Below are positions 27,873 to 37,284 of a stretch of 64,000 bases of DNA, piece after piece. The position numbers were made by a program, and so were the translations under genes. The stretch comes from a virus. Location: IMG/VR virus record IMGVR_UViG_3300036828_000413, positions 7,761-71,760 of that record; one strand, written 5' to 3'. Under the pieces are notes generated by a model. It was not told where the DNA came from, did not search any database, and was given only the letters and a program-made list of their open reading frames with translations. Every line of letters begins with the position of its first letter. The first letter of the stretch is position 1.

Positions 27873-28384
27873 TATGGCATTATCCCTTGCCAGAGCATCT
27901 GGTACATCAGGTCGATGGCATAAGTCGGACCTCGATAGATGCGCACGATCGCATCAATCTGCTGCTTGTCTACTCTCATCGAGAGGATTTCATACCTGCT
28001 GGCTATCTTGTGGTCAACGAACGGCTGGATTGCGTCCCTGATGTAGTTCGTCGCCCAGGCCTGGGTGGCTCCGAACTTGGACTGGACCGACTCAATGGCG
28101 CTCCTCCTCAGCAGCCAGAGCTTGCACCCGATCGGCCAGGCGTTCCAGATCACGTCTCCATCAAAGTCACCCCACCACCCCTCCCTGTTGGTCGAGTCGG
28201 GATCGGGCAGCCTGTCCGTCACGTCGGCCAGCGCGTTGGTACCCAGGGCGACCATCACCGCAGTAGCCAGAGCCCTGGTGTCGTCCAGCTCTCCATCAGA
28301 CAACAACTGCCAGTCGATGTTGACCTGGTACTGGGGATACTGGGACTTCTGGACGGTCCTGATGTCTACGGGAAGCGTGGTCAT
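27872..28384 (-). CDS. Baseplate protein Mu gp46-like
   Basis: L.TAV.VAL.T...GWWGD.....IG.KLWLLRR. Confidence 0.9.
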   Translation of the reverse strand: MTTLPVDIRTVQKSQYPQYQVNIDWQLLSDGELDDTRALATAVMVALGTNALADVTDRLPDPDSTNREGWWGDFDGDVIWNAWPIGCKLWLLRRSAIESVQSKFGATQAWATNYIRDAIQPFVDHKIASRYEILSMRVDKQQIDAIVRIYRGPTYAIDLMYQMLWQGIMP

Positions 28385-29343
28385 CTGATCGCCAACGCCT
28401 GTTCGATCACTGTCAGTCTCGCCTCGATGGCCTCAAGCCTGAGTGATAGCTCATCGACCCACGTGGGCGAAGCAGCTCTCGATGGCTGCGGTGTCGTTTT
28501 CGCCGGAAGCGGGAACGCCATGCCGGGCGGTATCTTCACGCCGGACGGCAGCGAGGGCATCGGCAGTGACGGCAGTGATGGCATCTTGAAGCCAAGTCCA
28601 CCAATAATTGCGTCTATGTAACTCTTGGTCGCCAGGTGGTTCGGCGCCGCCGGAGGAGCGGCCGTCACCTGCTTCATGAAGTGGCCGAAGCCACCGGTGA
28701 ACTTGTTACCGAAGATCTGGACCAGCTGGCTGGAGCCATCAAACGCCATAGCGCCGGAGGTTGGCTGGAATGAGTGCAGGGGCGACTTGTGATTTATGGT
28801 CTGGTCGTGGGCCAGATCGGTCTCGTCCTTAGTCATTTGCAAGTATTGCTTGCCGCTCTGGGTATACCGTTGCTTCTGGCCCTGCGCCTTCTGGTTGGAC
28901 TGCTGGTCCTGCGGAGGGTCGCCCAGCTGGAGCTTCAGCTTCTTGTCGGTGCGCCCGGTGAGAAACACTCCGTCGTTGTTCATGTGGAGCTGGTGCTGGA
29001 GGTAGTCGAACATCGCGACGTCGCCCTTCTGCAACTCCTTCAGGCGAAAGCGACGGTCGTCCATGTTCCCAAACACAGGGAAGCTCCGGTTGCCACCCAT
29101 GAATTGAACGAAGGTCTCGGCACTCTGGGTAATCTTACCTTGGGCGTCCTTGACTGCGTCCCTTACGACGCTGGTAAAGCCGTAGTTCTGCGGGCTCTCG
29201 ATCGCGCTCCTGGCCTCGTTAGCCATGAAGTTACCCTTGCTCTCCTGCATGAGCTTTGTGTCATCGACCTCAGGAACGGTGACCCTAGCTCCTCCGGCCA
29301 CGTAGGACCGAAACGAGGAGTTGGCTGGCGTGGCTCTGTGCAT
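28381..29343 (-). CDS. Baseplate spike Mu gp45-like
   Basis: IE.PQNYGFTS...GGNRS.....DDRR.RL..L..G.VA.FD. Confidence 0.85.
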   Translation of the reverse strand: MHRATPANSSFRSYVAGGARVTVPEVDDTKLMQESKGNFMANEARSAIESPQNYGFTSVVRDAVKDAQGKITQSAETFVQFMGGNRSFPVFGNMDDRRFRLKELQKGDVAMFDYLQHQLHMNNDGVFLTGRTDKKLKLQLGDPPQDQQSNQKAQGQKQRYTQSGKQYLQMTKDETDLAHDQTINHKSPLHSFQPTSGAMAFDGSSQLVQIFGNKFTGGFGHFMKQVTAAPPAAPNHLATKSYIDAIIGGLGFKMPSLPSLPMPSLPSGVKIPPGMAFPLPAKTTPQPSRAASPTWVDELSLRLEAIEARLTVIEQALAIR

Positions 29344-29347
29344 CTTT

Positions 29348-30580
29348 CTACTCCACTGGCACGATGGCTTGACCCGGAGGCACCTGCTTCGGAAGCTGGT
29401 CTGGAATTGACTGATCTGGAGCCTTGCCCACGTTCATCGGGGCCGTGTCCTTCAGCGCCCACGGCTGCTTCAAATCGAGCTGGGTCTGGGTCCCGTTGCT
29501 GTTGTCTTGAGTGAATGTAACGGTCTCTATCTTCATCATCATATTCAATGGACACATCGGAGAGTAGACGAACACGTTGTCCCCCGGCCACCACAGATTG
29601 GTGTCATCCCTGAACCAGCCCTGCACTGTTGCCGTTGCATCTATCTGGGGTCCCTCGTGCCACAGCGCCTCGTTCTTGGCCCTGTCCAAGACCTCCTGGA
29701 TGTTCTTGACCGGCTGCTCCGAGGGAGTGATCAGCAGGCTCTTGAGGAAGCCAGTACCACCCCAGCTGGCCTCGAGCTCGCTGGCCTTGGTGCCCCAGTT
29801 GTCGTCGCTGGCCGCCGACTGGGCGACCACCTTGTATTCCTCGTAGGTGTGGTCCTTGTGAAAGACGCACTGCATCTTCTTGATGTTCTGACCCTCGATC
29901 AGCTGGGTGTTCAAAACTGGCATGTGATGGTCGCCGATCGCAAGGAAGTTTCCCCAGCTGTCGCTCCCAAGGATGATCCCTCTCGGCCTGGCTATCCTCT
30001 CGAGGAAGTCCCAGATCGGCTCGCCCGGCTGGTTCTGGAGCTTGTCGAACGGGGTGGCATTCAAACTGCCAACTGGAATTATCTTAGAAGGATACGGGCT
30101 GACCACCTTCTGGGCCACCTGGAGCCAGGTCATGCCGTCGAAGCTGCCACTCTTGGTATTGACGCTGCTCCTGGCCACTGGTGCAGTCGCACTCTTGCCC
30201 TGAATTTCGATCCCGTGCTGGTTGGCCTCGTAGGCCACCTGCCTAGTCTCGATGAAGCCGGCCAGAACATTGACGCCGCCGAGATTGACATAAACTGTTT
30301 CTCCAGGCATGAACTGGAGCTTGTAGAACATCCCAGCTGGGGTATCACGCTCAACGCTCTGGAAGCGAAAGTAAGAGTACGCGTCGTGCCACTTGAGCTG
30401 GACGAATATGCTCTCCCAGTCTTCGAAGTTTATCCCATTGACGATCAGCGTGGCCTGCTCGTAGGGCACTCTGGAGTTGGGGTCTCGAGCAGGGATCGAG
30501 TACTGGGTGACCGGGGGAGCCGGTTCAGTCGTGCCTCCGGTGATGATCACTCTGGGCGGTGCAGTCCCTCCGTCGCTCAT
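29348..30580 (-). CDS. Baseplate hub Mu gp44 (gpP)-like
   Basis: L.VNG..FEDWES, QPGE..WDFLERIAR.RG, TVQGW......W.PG..V.V. Confidence 0.88.
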   Translation of the reverse strand: MSDGGTAPPRVIITGGTTEPAPPVTQYSIPARDPNSRVPYEQATLIVNGINFEDWESIFVQLKWHDAYSYFRFQSVERDTPAGMFYKLQFMPGETVYVNLGGVNVLAGFIETRQVAYEANQHGIEIQGKSATAPVARSSVNTKSGSFDGMTWLQVAQKVVSPYPSKIIPVGSLNATPFDKLQNQPGEPIWDFLERIARPRGIILGSDSWGNFLAIGDHHMPVLNTQLIEGQNIKKMQCVFHKDHTYEEYKVVAQSAASDDNWGTKASELEASWGGTGFLKSLLITPSEQPVKNIQEVLDRAKNEALWHEGPQIDATATVQGWFRDDTNLWWPGDNVFVYSPMCPLNMMMKIETVTFTQDNSNGTQTQLDLKQPWALKDTAPMNVGKAPDQSIPDQLPKQVPPGQAIVPVE

Positions 30581-31248
30581 TGCGACAGTGCCTGGCCGAT
30601 GGGCGGACAGAACGCCGGATGAACCACCTTGTTCTCAGCCCGTATCTCATCGTACCGACTGGCGTCCCCGTAGAGCCTCTGGGAGATGACTAGGGACGGC
30701 AGAGGCTTGGCAAACTGGTATGACAGCATGTAAGGCAGCGGCCTGCCGGTCGCCACCAGGTAGTTAACAATGGCCGCCCTCAGGCCTATGATCGCCTGAT
30801 AGTCCATCGGATCCATGGTGTCGGCGGCCACTTCCTCGGCAGAGTTGAACGGGATCTGGATTTGGTTGATCAAGTCATCGACGTCTTGGCGACTCTTGAA
30901 CGTCATATTCGAGATGATCTTGCCCTCCTGGGCCAGGGCCAGGTGGATGCTCCTGTCCCTGACCATGGTGGCCCCGAGCGACACTGGTCGCTCAGCATCC
31001 AGCAGCACCCTAACCTCCTCCATCTGGGGTAGAGTGGCGCCGGTCTGGCGGACTAGATCGAAACACATGTCCAGGGGAGGACCCATCTGGTCATAGTAGA
31101 GCAGCGAGAGCGCATTCGCCAACGTCCATCCTATCACGACCTTGGCCTGGATGGCCGCTTGGTCCGTTCCAGAGATGCCAATCGACAAATTAGCCAGCGT
31201 CCTCTGGATGATCCCCTCGGCCTCTATGGCGTCTGGCTTGTCCATCAC
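30577..31248 (-). CDS. Mu gpN C-terminal-like protein
   Basis: PLPSLVISQRLYGDASRYDEI..EN.V.HPAF.P. Confidence 0.75.
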   Translation of the reverse strand: MMDKPDAIEAEGIIQRTLANLSIGISGTDQAAIQAKVVIGWTLANALSLLYYDQMGPPLDMCFDLVRQTGATLPQMEEVRVLLDAERPVSLGATMVRDRSIHLALAQEGKIISNMTFKSRQDVDDLINQIQIPFNSAEEVAADTMDPMDYQAIIGLRAAIVNYLVATGRPLPYMLSYQFAKPLPSLVISQRLYGDASRYDEIRAENKVVHPAFCPPIGQALSQ

Positions 31249-31832
31249 TTTCCCCAGTTTCCAAATCGATCATTGAACGTGGCATTCTCCACGGGAGGGT
31301 CTGGCCCAGCCAATCCTCGCTGGGTCTGCTGGCGGAGCGTGTCTGCCGCCGAGTTCAATACGGTATTGGTGTTCTGCGAGGGAGAGAGATATTGGGGAGG
31401 CACACCAAACTCTGAAAATTCTATGTCAAACGTGCAGTAGCCTCCGAACCTGTCCTCCTCCGTCATCCTGTATCTCGTGACGACTACGTTCTCAGATGGC
31501 CTCGTCGAGAAAACTAGCGCACCTGGTCCTGGTTGGTCCAACGCAGTGATCAGAGCGTCCCTGCCGACTCTGTAGTCCACGTTATATAAACCATCTAGGG
31601 TCGGGCCTTCCGCGGTGAATGGGTACGTGATGAAATACGCCCGAACGGTGAAGCTCTTGGCCCTCCTGCCCATGTCCTCTGCGTACGGCAACTCCTTCTT
31701 CGGAAACTCGTGCTCCACTACCCTTCGACCAGTGTCTCTGCTGTTGGCCTCAGTGAAAAACATCGCGCTCCTGAATGAGGCCGTGATCCATGCGTCTCGA
31801 AATGGAAGATGGATGTCCTTGATCGTGCTCAT
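31245..31832 (-). CDS. DNA circularisation protein N-terminal domain (Mu gpN-like)
   Basis: ASFR...F.......GRRVVEHEFPKKE.PYAEDMGRRA. Confidence 0.88.
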   Translation of the reverse strand: MSTIKDIHLPFRDAWITASFRSAMFFTEANSRDTGRRVVEHEFPKKELPYAEDMGRRAKSFTVRAYFITYPFTAEGPTLDGLYNVDYRVGRDALITALDQPGPGALVFSTRPSENVVVTRYRMTEEDRFGGYCTFDIEFSEFGVPPQYLSPSQNTNTVLNSAADTLRQQTQRGLAGPDPPVENATFNDRFGNWGK

Positions 31833-34039
31833 CAGTCGGCCGTTTCTGCAAACGTTGATGGACCGGTCTTGGCCGGAACCATCTGGGTGCTTCGCTCCGG
31901 ACCAGTTGGTTTGAACAATCGCTCACTGCCCAAAGTGGCGTCGCCCCCTCCGCCACCAATGTTCACAGCTACCTTGCCGGTGGCATCTACCTTCACGGTC
32001 TTGATCGATCTTTTATCCACGATGTCTCTTGCCGCCTGAGATGATTCGCCGGCAATGCGATTTGCCTCTGCCAAACGATTAGCCACGCTTTGTGGGTGAC
32101 TCCCAATTGTTGAAAATCTTCTTCCCAATATCCCACCGCGCAGACCTCTGCCGCTTTGCACTGAGCTCTCTGAATCTCTCACAAAAGCATTGACCGAAGC
32201 GTCAATGTCATAGGCATTCCCGCCGGGCACTTGACTGTGGCTGTATTGGAAAACACCAAAGGATCCACCCGGATCACCTAAATTCTTTGCTTTTGGATTA
32301 AATTCAGACTCGGATGCAGCTACGGCAGTCCCAAATTTTGCCCATTCCTCGGCAGAGCCGGTCTTGAACCCAAAGCGAGCGCCGTCTGGAGGAATAGTAC
32401 CAACTAAGTTGGATTTCTTATACGCCGCAAGCAACTTCTGATAAACGCTCCCACCCCTCGTGCCAGCTTTACCACCAACGGCGGCAGCTGGCTCAGGACC
32501 GACGGCAGCTGCTCCAGCCATTGTGGCTGCGGCCGCTTCAGGCGTCTTGGCACCGATCGTGCCCATGGACTTTGCGCCAGTGGTAAAAGGATCAAGTCCG
32601 GGCGCCCCAAGATTGCCCATACCAGAAGAAGATGGAGCAGCTGAAGATGGACCGGTCGATGGACCAGTTGAAGATGGACCAGGACCGGATGATGGACCGG
32701 TCGATGGACCAGATGGACCAGATGGACCAGCTGAAGCTGGAGCGCCGCCACCTCCAGGTGTAGCGCCGCCACCTCCGCCTCCAGGCGGAACGTTGATCCC
32801 CAACTGCTGGGCGGCCAGGTAGTCATTGAGTCGCTTCAACTGGCCAGTATTGTCCTTCATCGTGTTCTTGTATTCTTCATTGTCGTCGGACATCGAAGAA
32901 AGCAGGTGCGTAGCTTTTGCCTCTCCCTCTTCGCCCTTTGTCTTCGGCAGAGCGTCGAGACCGAGTTGCTCACCCAAGCCCTTCTTGTCCGCCTCGCCCT
33001 TGCTGGTGCTCTGGTACAGGTCTGTGATCCACTTCCAGAACTTTATCGTATTCACGCCAGGGATCATGAACGACATGGTATCGAATGTACCCTTGGCGAC
33101 CTGCTTGGTCAGCGGCTTCTCCCACAGCTCGTGCAGGGTCTTGGTCAGAGAGATGGCTAGATGAAGTCCTGTAACAACCACGCCATTCGGCGAGAGCGCG
33201 GACGTCGATATGTCGTCCATCCAGTCGTTCCACTCCTTCTTGAGGTCCTTGATGCCCGTGTAAAATTCTTTCGTTGCAGCAGTTTGGGCATCGATCCTGG
33301 CCCTATCTTCTCCACTCACAGGCTTCAGCTGGACGCCTCGCAGTATCGAGTCGAGTCCCCACTGCTCCAAGAACTTCTTTGTAAACTCAGTGGCATCAGC
33401 CAAGTTGTTATTGGTGTCCTTCATCCTCTCGTTGAAGACGACCTGGGCCTGGGCCATCGCTTTATTCATGGCAAGGATCGGGTCCTGCTCCTTGAGGATG
33501 CTCTGGATGCCGGCCTCCATCTCATCTCTGTGGCGGCCAGCCATATCCAGCAATTTGAGATGTTCAGCGCTGCCGACGCGGCCTATCTGAGCGTAGGCCT
33601 CGTTGAACCTTGCTACGTTCGCATCGGCCTGGTCCGCACCGAGCCCAATCCGATCAAGCTGCTCCTCTATGCTCTTCAAGACCGCAGGATGAACGCCGAA
33701 CACCTTGGCCTTGTTGTTCAGCTCTGTGATCTTGCTCGAGAACTCATTCAGGCCGTGGATACCGGCGATCACCACAGTGCCTAGTGCCGTAACAGCTGCA
33801 CCTGCCGCTCCGAACTTTCCGATGAAGCCGAGCATGGCCTTCTCGCCGCCAGTCGCCAGCTCTTGAAGCTCCTTTATCTGCTTGGCCAGCTCCGCATGGC
33901 CGCGCTTAAACCGCTCAACGTGAGCCTGGGCTGCCCCACCGCCCAACTGAGCCATATGCTGGTGAACAGCTTTAAAACCGGCGGACGCATTGTCCGTCAG
34001 CGTTATAACCAGCCTGAGTTCTTCAGTCTCAGTGGGCAT
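31832..34039 (-). CDS. Tape measure-like protein 2 with lysozyme/SLT-like domain
   Basis: Helical N-terminus paralogous to 34039-36213. G/P/S linker, then AASESEFNP.A.N....GSFGVFQ. Confidence 0.75.
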   Translation of the reverse strand: MPTETEELRLVITLTDNASAGFKAVHQHMAQLGGGAAQAHVERFKRGHAELAKQIKELQELATGGEKAMLGFIGKFGAAGAAVTALGTVVIAGIHGLNEFSSKITELNNKAKVFGVHPAVLKSIEEQLDRIGLGADQADANVARFNEAYAQIGRVGSAEHLKLLDMAGRHRDEMEAGIQSILKEQDPILAMNKAMAQAQVVFNERMKDTNNNLADATEFTKKFLEQWGLDSILRGVQLKPVSGEDRARIDAQTAATKEFYTGIKDLKKEWNDWMDDISTSALSPNGVVVTGLHLAISLTKTLHELWEKPLTKQVAKGTFDTMSFMIPGVNTIKFWKWITDLYQSTSKGEADKKGLGEQLGLDALPKTKGEEGEAKATHLLSSMSDDNEEYKNTMKDNTGQLKRLNDYLAAQQLGINVPPGGGGGGATPGGGGAPASAGPSGPSGPSTGPSSGPGPSSTGPSTGPSSAAPSSSGMGNLGAPGLDPFTTGAKSMGTIGAKTPEAAAATMAGAAAVGPEPAAAVGGKAGTRGGSVYQKLLAAYKKSNLVGTIPPDGARFGFKTGSAEEWAKFGTAVAASESEFNPKAKNLGDPGGSFGVFQYSHSQVPGGNAYDIDASVNAFVRDSESSVQSGRGLRGGILGRRFSTIGSHPQSVANRLAEANRIAGESSQAARDIVDKRSIKTVKVDATGKVAVNIGGGGGDATLGSERLFKPTGPERSTQMVPAKTGPSTFAETAD
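32640..32732 (-). repeat. GATGGACC-based tandem repeat encoding GPSS/GPST linker
   Basis: Repeated gatggacc units on the + strand. Confidence 0.8.
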
Positions 34040-36213
34040 CAGTCGCTCTCGATGGGCATAGTTCTATTTGTCTCAGTACTCTTGAACGCTCCATCACCCT
34101 CCACCTTGACGTCAGAGCCTCTGGGAGCCTTGACGTCTGCGGTCAATTTTCCATTGACTTCAACTTTAGTAGTTCTAACCTCCTTGTCGGTCTTATCCAG
34201 CAAGCCTCGTGCCTCCAATATTTTTTTCTTGTGAGCCGCAGCTTCCGGGGACATAACCTCAAAGTGCATAGGGTCTCCAAAACGACCTCCCCATGAAATT
34301 CCCCTAGCCCAAGCCATCTCCTCTATGTCGGCTGGCATATCGGTCGTGTTACCTCTGAATTCATTTCTCCCAGGATTGACATCGACGGCCGTACCCCAGG
34401 AATGTTCGGACAAGCCTCCGCCTCCACGCTTCTGGCGAACATTCAAACCAGATATATCATTGATCTTGTAGCCTCGATCCAACAAGTCATTGAAGAGCGC
34501 CTTGAACTTTTCTGCACCAGCCGCGTTGACCTGGACCTTTTTTCCGTTCTTCAAGGTGATCCACGTCTGATTAGTTCCTGGCCGACCAAATGCTCCTGTC
34601 TCTGCGTAGTTAAACTCTCCACGCTCTCCCTTGCGACGCTCATATCCACGCGCCACGCCTCCAGCGGCCGTACCCTTTACACGCTCTCCAGTGTCCCCGG
34701 TATCGGGTTCGCTTGGAGCACCTTTGTCATCTACACCACCGCCCTTCCCGCTGCGAGGATGGCTGTCACCAGCTCCATCTCCAGACCCAGGACCAACTCG
34801 ACTACCATTCGGACCCCAATCTCCACCTGCACCGCCACCTCCAAACCCTCCGCCTCCGCCGCCCCCACTGAACCCAGGCAAACCTCCGAGACCCTTCAGC
34901 TCCACATCACCCCGGTCGAGCAACTTGAAATTCTCATTCAACCGCTTCGTTTCCGCCGTATTCTTTTCAATGTTCTTGAGGTAGTCATCGCCCTGTCTCA
35001 TACTGTTGTCGACTTCCCTGCGATCCTCAATGTTCTCAGATCGCCTCATCCACTCCCAACCCTTGCCTATGCTTGGGATTTGATCGCCGACAGTCGAACC
35101 AGGAGCTGGAGCTGACATCAACCCAGCGGATTGTTCAGAGGCCGGCTTTGCCGGAGCGGTTGGAGCGCTGGGCCAACGCTCCTCAAACGTGGCACCACCA
35201 CCCTGATCTCCAATGCCTGTCGCTGCATGCTTGAGCAAATCCACAGTAGTGAGAGCGCCAGATTTTACATTGGTAGGAACCCACGGCTGCTTCCAGAGCT
35301 CGCGAAGCTCCTTGACCAAATCCAGCATGAGGTGGAGACCGGTAACGATCACTCCACCTGAACCCAACAGGGCCGTACTCAAATCAGCTCCAAGCTCCTC
35401 CACCTCATGGCTAAGATCGGAGACTGTTTTCTTGTATTCTGAAGTCGCCTTGGCCCTGGCCTCAAACCGTTTCTTTTCTTCCTCGGAGACTTCTTCGACG
35501 TGACGAAGGACCTTCAGCACCGGGTCCAGCTCCCACAATTTCAGGAAATCGTTCTGGGACTTGATAGCGTCAGCCCGATTACCATCAGTCTCCTTCATTC
35601 TTTCTTCATACACCACATACGACTGGCGGATAATTTCCTGGAGCTTGCCGGCCTGAGTGGTCTGAGCCTCGATGCGCTGAATGCCCTGTTCCATCAAAGT
35701 GCCAAATTGTCCGGCGGCCTTGATCATCTCCATTCGCTTTTCACTGCCGATCCTGTTCACCTGAGCCAGCACGTTGGACAAACCAGCCATGCTCTGCTCT
35801 ACAGTTCCGGCCGAGACCCCAAGCCTGTCATACTGCTCTATCAAACTCTTCAGCTCAGCTGGGTTCATCCCGATGACCTTGGCCTTGTTGGTCAAATCCA
35901 CCACCCTGTCTGCAAACTCCTTCAAGCTGCCCAAGCCTACGAGGATCGAGGCAGCAAAGCCACCCATGGCAGCACCGGCTACGCCAAACTTTCCAATGTA
36001 GCCAGTCAATGCTCTACCGCCGCCCTCAGCTAACTCGCCCAGCTCCTTGATTTGTTTTGCCAGCTCTGACTGTTCTTCCTTCAGCTTGTCCATAGCCGTC
36101 TTGCCAGCTCCAGTGGCAAGCTCTTTAATATCATCACGTATCCTTGAGACGCCCTCTGATGCCTCATTGATCAGAGAGACGCGAAGCTGGAGTTCTTGGA
36201 GCTCGTTTGGCAT
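34039..36213 (-). CDS. Tape measure-like protein 1 with M15 metallopeptidase domain
   Basis: Directly follows the tail chaperone. SEHSWGTAVDVNP...WGGRF.DPMHFE matches the M15 Zn-peptidase pattern. Confidence 0.82.
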   Translation of the reverse strand: MPNELQELQLRVSLINEASEGVSRIRDDIKELATGAGKTAMDKLKEEQSELAKQIKELGELAEGGGRALTGYIGKFGVAGAAMGGFAASILVGLGSLKEFADRVVDLTNKAKVIGMNPAELKSLIEQYDRLGVSAGTVEQSMAGLSNVLAQVNRIGSEKRMEMIKAAGQFGTLMEQGIQRIEAQTTQAGKLQEIIRQSYVVYEERMKETDGNRADAIKSQNDFLKLWELDPVLKVLRHVEEVSEEEKKRFEARAKATSEYKKTVSDLSHEVEELGADLSTALLGSGGVIVTGLHLMLDLVKELRELWKQPWVPTNVKSGALTTVDLLKHAATGIGDQGGGATFEERWPSAPTAPAKPASEQSAGLMSAPAPGSTVGDQIPSIGKGWEWMRRSENIEDRREVDNSMRQGDDYLKNIEKNTAETKRLNENFKLLDRGDVELKGLGGLPGFSGGGGGGGFGGGGAGGDWGPNGSRVGPGSGDGAGDSHPRSGKGGGVDDKGAPSEPDTGDTGERVKGTAAGGVARGYERRKGERGEFNYAETGAFGRPGTNQTWITLKNGKKVQVNAAGAEKFKALFNDLLDRGYKINDISGLNVRQKRGGGGLSEHSWGTAVDVNPGRNEFRGNTTDMPADIEEMAWARGISWGGRFGDPMHFEVMSPEAAAHKKKILEARGLLDKTDKEVRTTKVEVNGKLTADVKAPRGSDVKVEGDGAFKSTETNRTMPIESD

Positions 36214-36874
36214 TATTCTCCCGACTCTATCGCTCGCGTCCTCTCAAGCTGGGCCGTCCTGGATAGGTGAAGCTGAACCTCACTGATGGACATCTCTAGA
36301 AAAGTGCGAGGATCGAGGTGGTAGTAGCTGGCCAGTCGATAACAATCGATGATCATACCGTCGTCGATGACGGTAGTCACCACGCCCGCAGATCTGGTAA
36401 AAAAAATTTTCTCAGGCGATACGCACAGCTGTTCCAGTCACGTGGATCCATCGCCTCTAGCAGGGGCGGGAGGATGCCACTGAGCGCGCCCATGATGTAG
36501 GTCATCTTGCGCTCCTCGATGATGATCTCTCCATCCCAGAGCATCCTGGTCGGATTGCCGATCCGGTTGATCTCGCTCGCCCTCGGCTCTCTGAACGTCA
36601 GGCTGGTGACCTGCTCTCCCTTGTCATTCATGATTGATCTGTACAAGAGTTGTACGGTCACTGGCCACTGGTCGGCACTCTCTCGAATTTCTTTCCTGAG
36701 CTGGTCAGCTTCGCTTATCGGAGGCTCGGGAGTTGGAGCCTCGATCTTCTTTTGTGATGGGAGCGGTTCCTGAGGAATTGCCGATAGCGGAGCCTCAGGC
36801 AGCGGACCCTCCGGTGGAACAAAGCCCTCCCTGATCCGCGGTTGGCCATTTCCCTTGGTCGGTTCTACTGTCAT
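36213..36874 (-). CDS. Tail assembly chaperone, -1 frameshift product (gpGT / E+E' analog)
   Basis: Slippery AAA TTT TTT TTA at 36398-36410. The -1 frame is open (..DCYRLASYYHLDPRTFLEMSISE..) to a TAATG overlap with the tape-measure start. Confidence 0.8.
36377..36874 (-). CDS. Tail assembly chaperone (Mu gp41 / P2 gpE-like)
   Basis: LTFREPR.....L.AMDP.D pattern, between tube and tape measure. Confidence 0.85.
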   Translation of the reverse strand: MTVEPTKGNGQPRIREGFVPPEGPLPEAPLSAIPQEPLPSQKKIEAPTPEPPISEADQLRKEIRESADQWPVTVQLLYRSIMNDKGEQVTSLTFREPRASEINRIGNPTRMLWDGEIIIEERKMTYIMGALSGILPPLLEAMDPRDWNSCAYRLRKFFLPDLRAW

Positions 36875-36882
36875 TTTTCACC

Positions 36883-37251
36883 TCACGCGATTGAAATCTC
36901 CTGGCAGGCCAGGCCCTCCCAGCGAACCCTGACCTGACCGTCCCGAGTATTGTTCTCAAAGCCACACTTGCAGGTCCCACCAGTCAGCGTGTACTGCATC
37001 CCATTGGCCAATTGGGCAATCACGGTTACGTCAGTTTCTGTCTCAAGGTCCTCGAGCAAGAGACCCGGCACAGTGGACAAGTCTCCCTCTATGTACGGAA
37101 CGCGAGGAAGTTCTTGAAAACCATGGACGCCGTCTTGACCCGCGATCATGGTCCGCTCAACCGAGCTTGGACTTACAGTAAAGTTACCGCGGAGGGCCAG
37201 TTGGACGCCGTCCACGGTCAGAAACGCGATACCAGCAAAGCGCTGTGCCAT
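36883..37251 (-). CDS. Tail tube protein (Mu gpM-like)
   Basis: AG.A...VDG..L...G...ER...AG.DGVHG..E.PRVPYI. Confidence 0.9.
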   Translation of the reverse strand: MAQRFAGIAFLTVDGVQLALRGNFTVSPSSVERTMIAGQDGVHGFQELPRVPYIEGDLSTVPGLLLEDLETETDVTVIAQLANGMQYTLTGGTCKCGFENNTRDGQVRVRWEGLACQEISIA

Positions 37252-37284
37252 AGTTCAGTCTCCTTTCTTGAGGGTCTACGTGTT

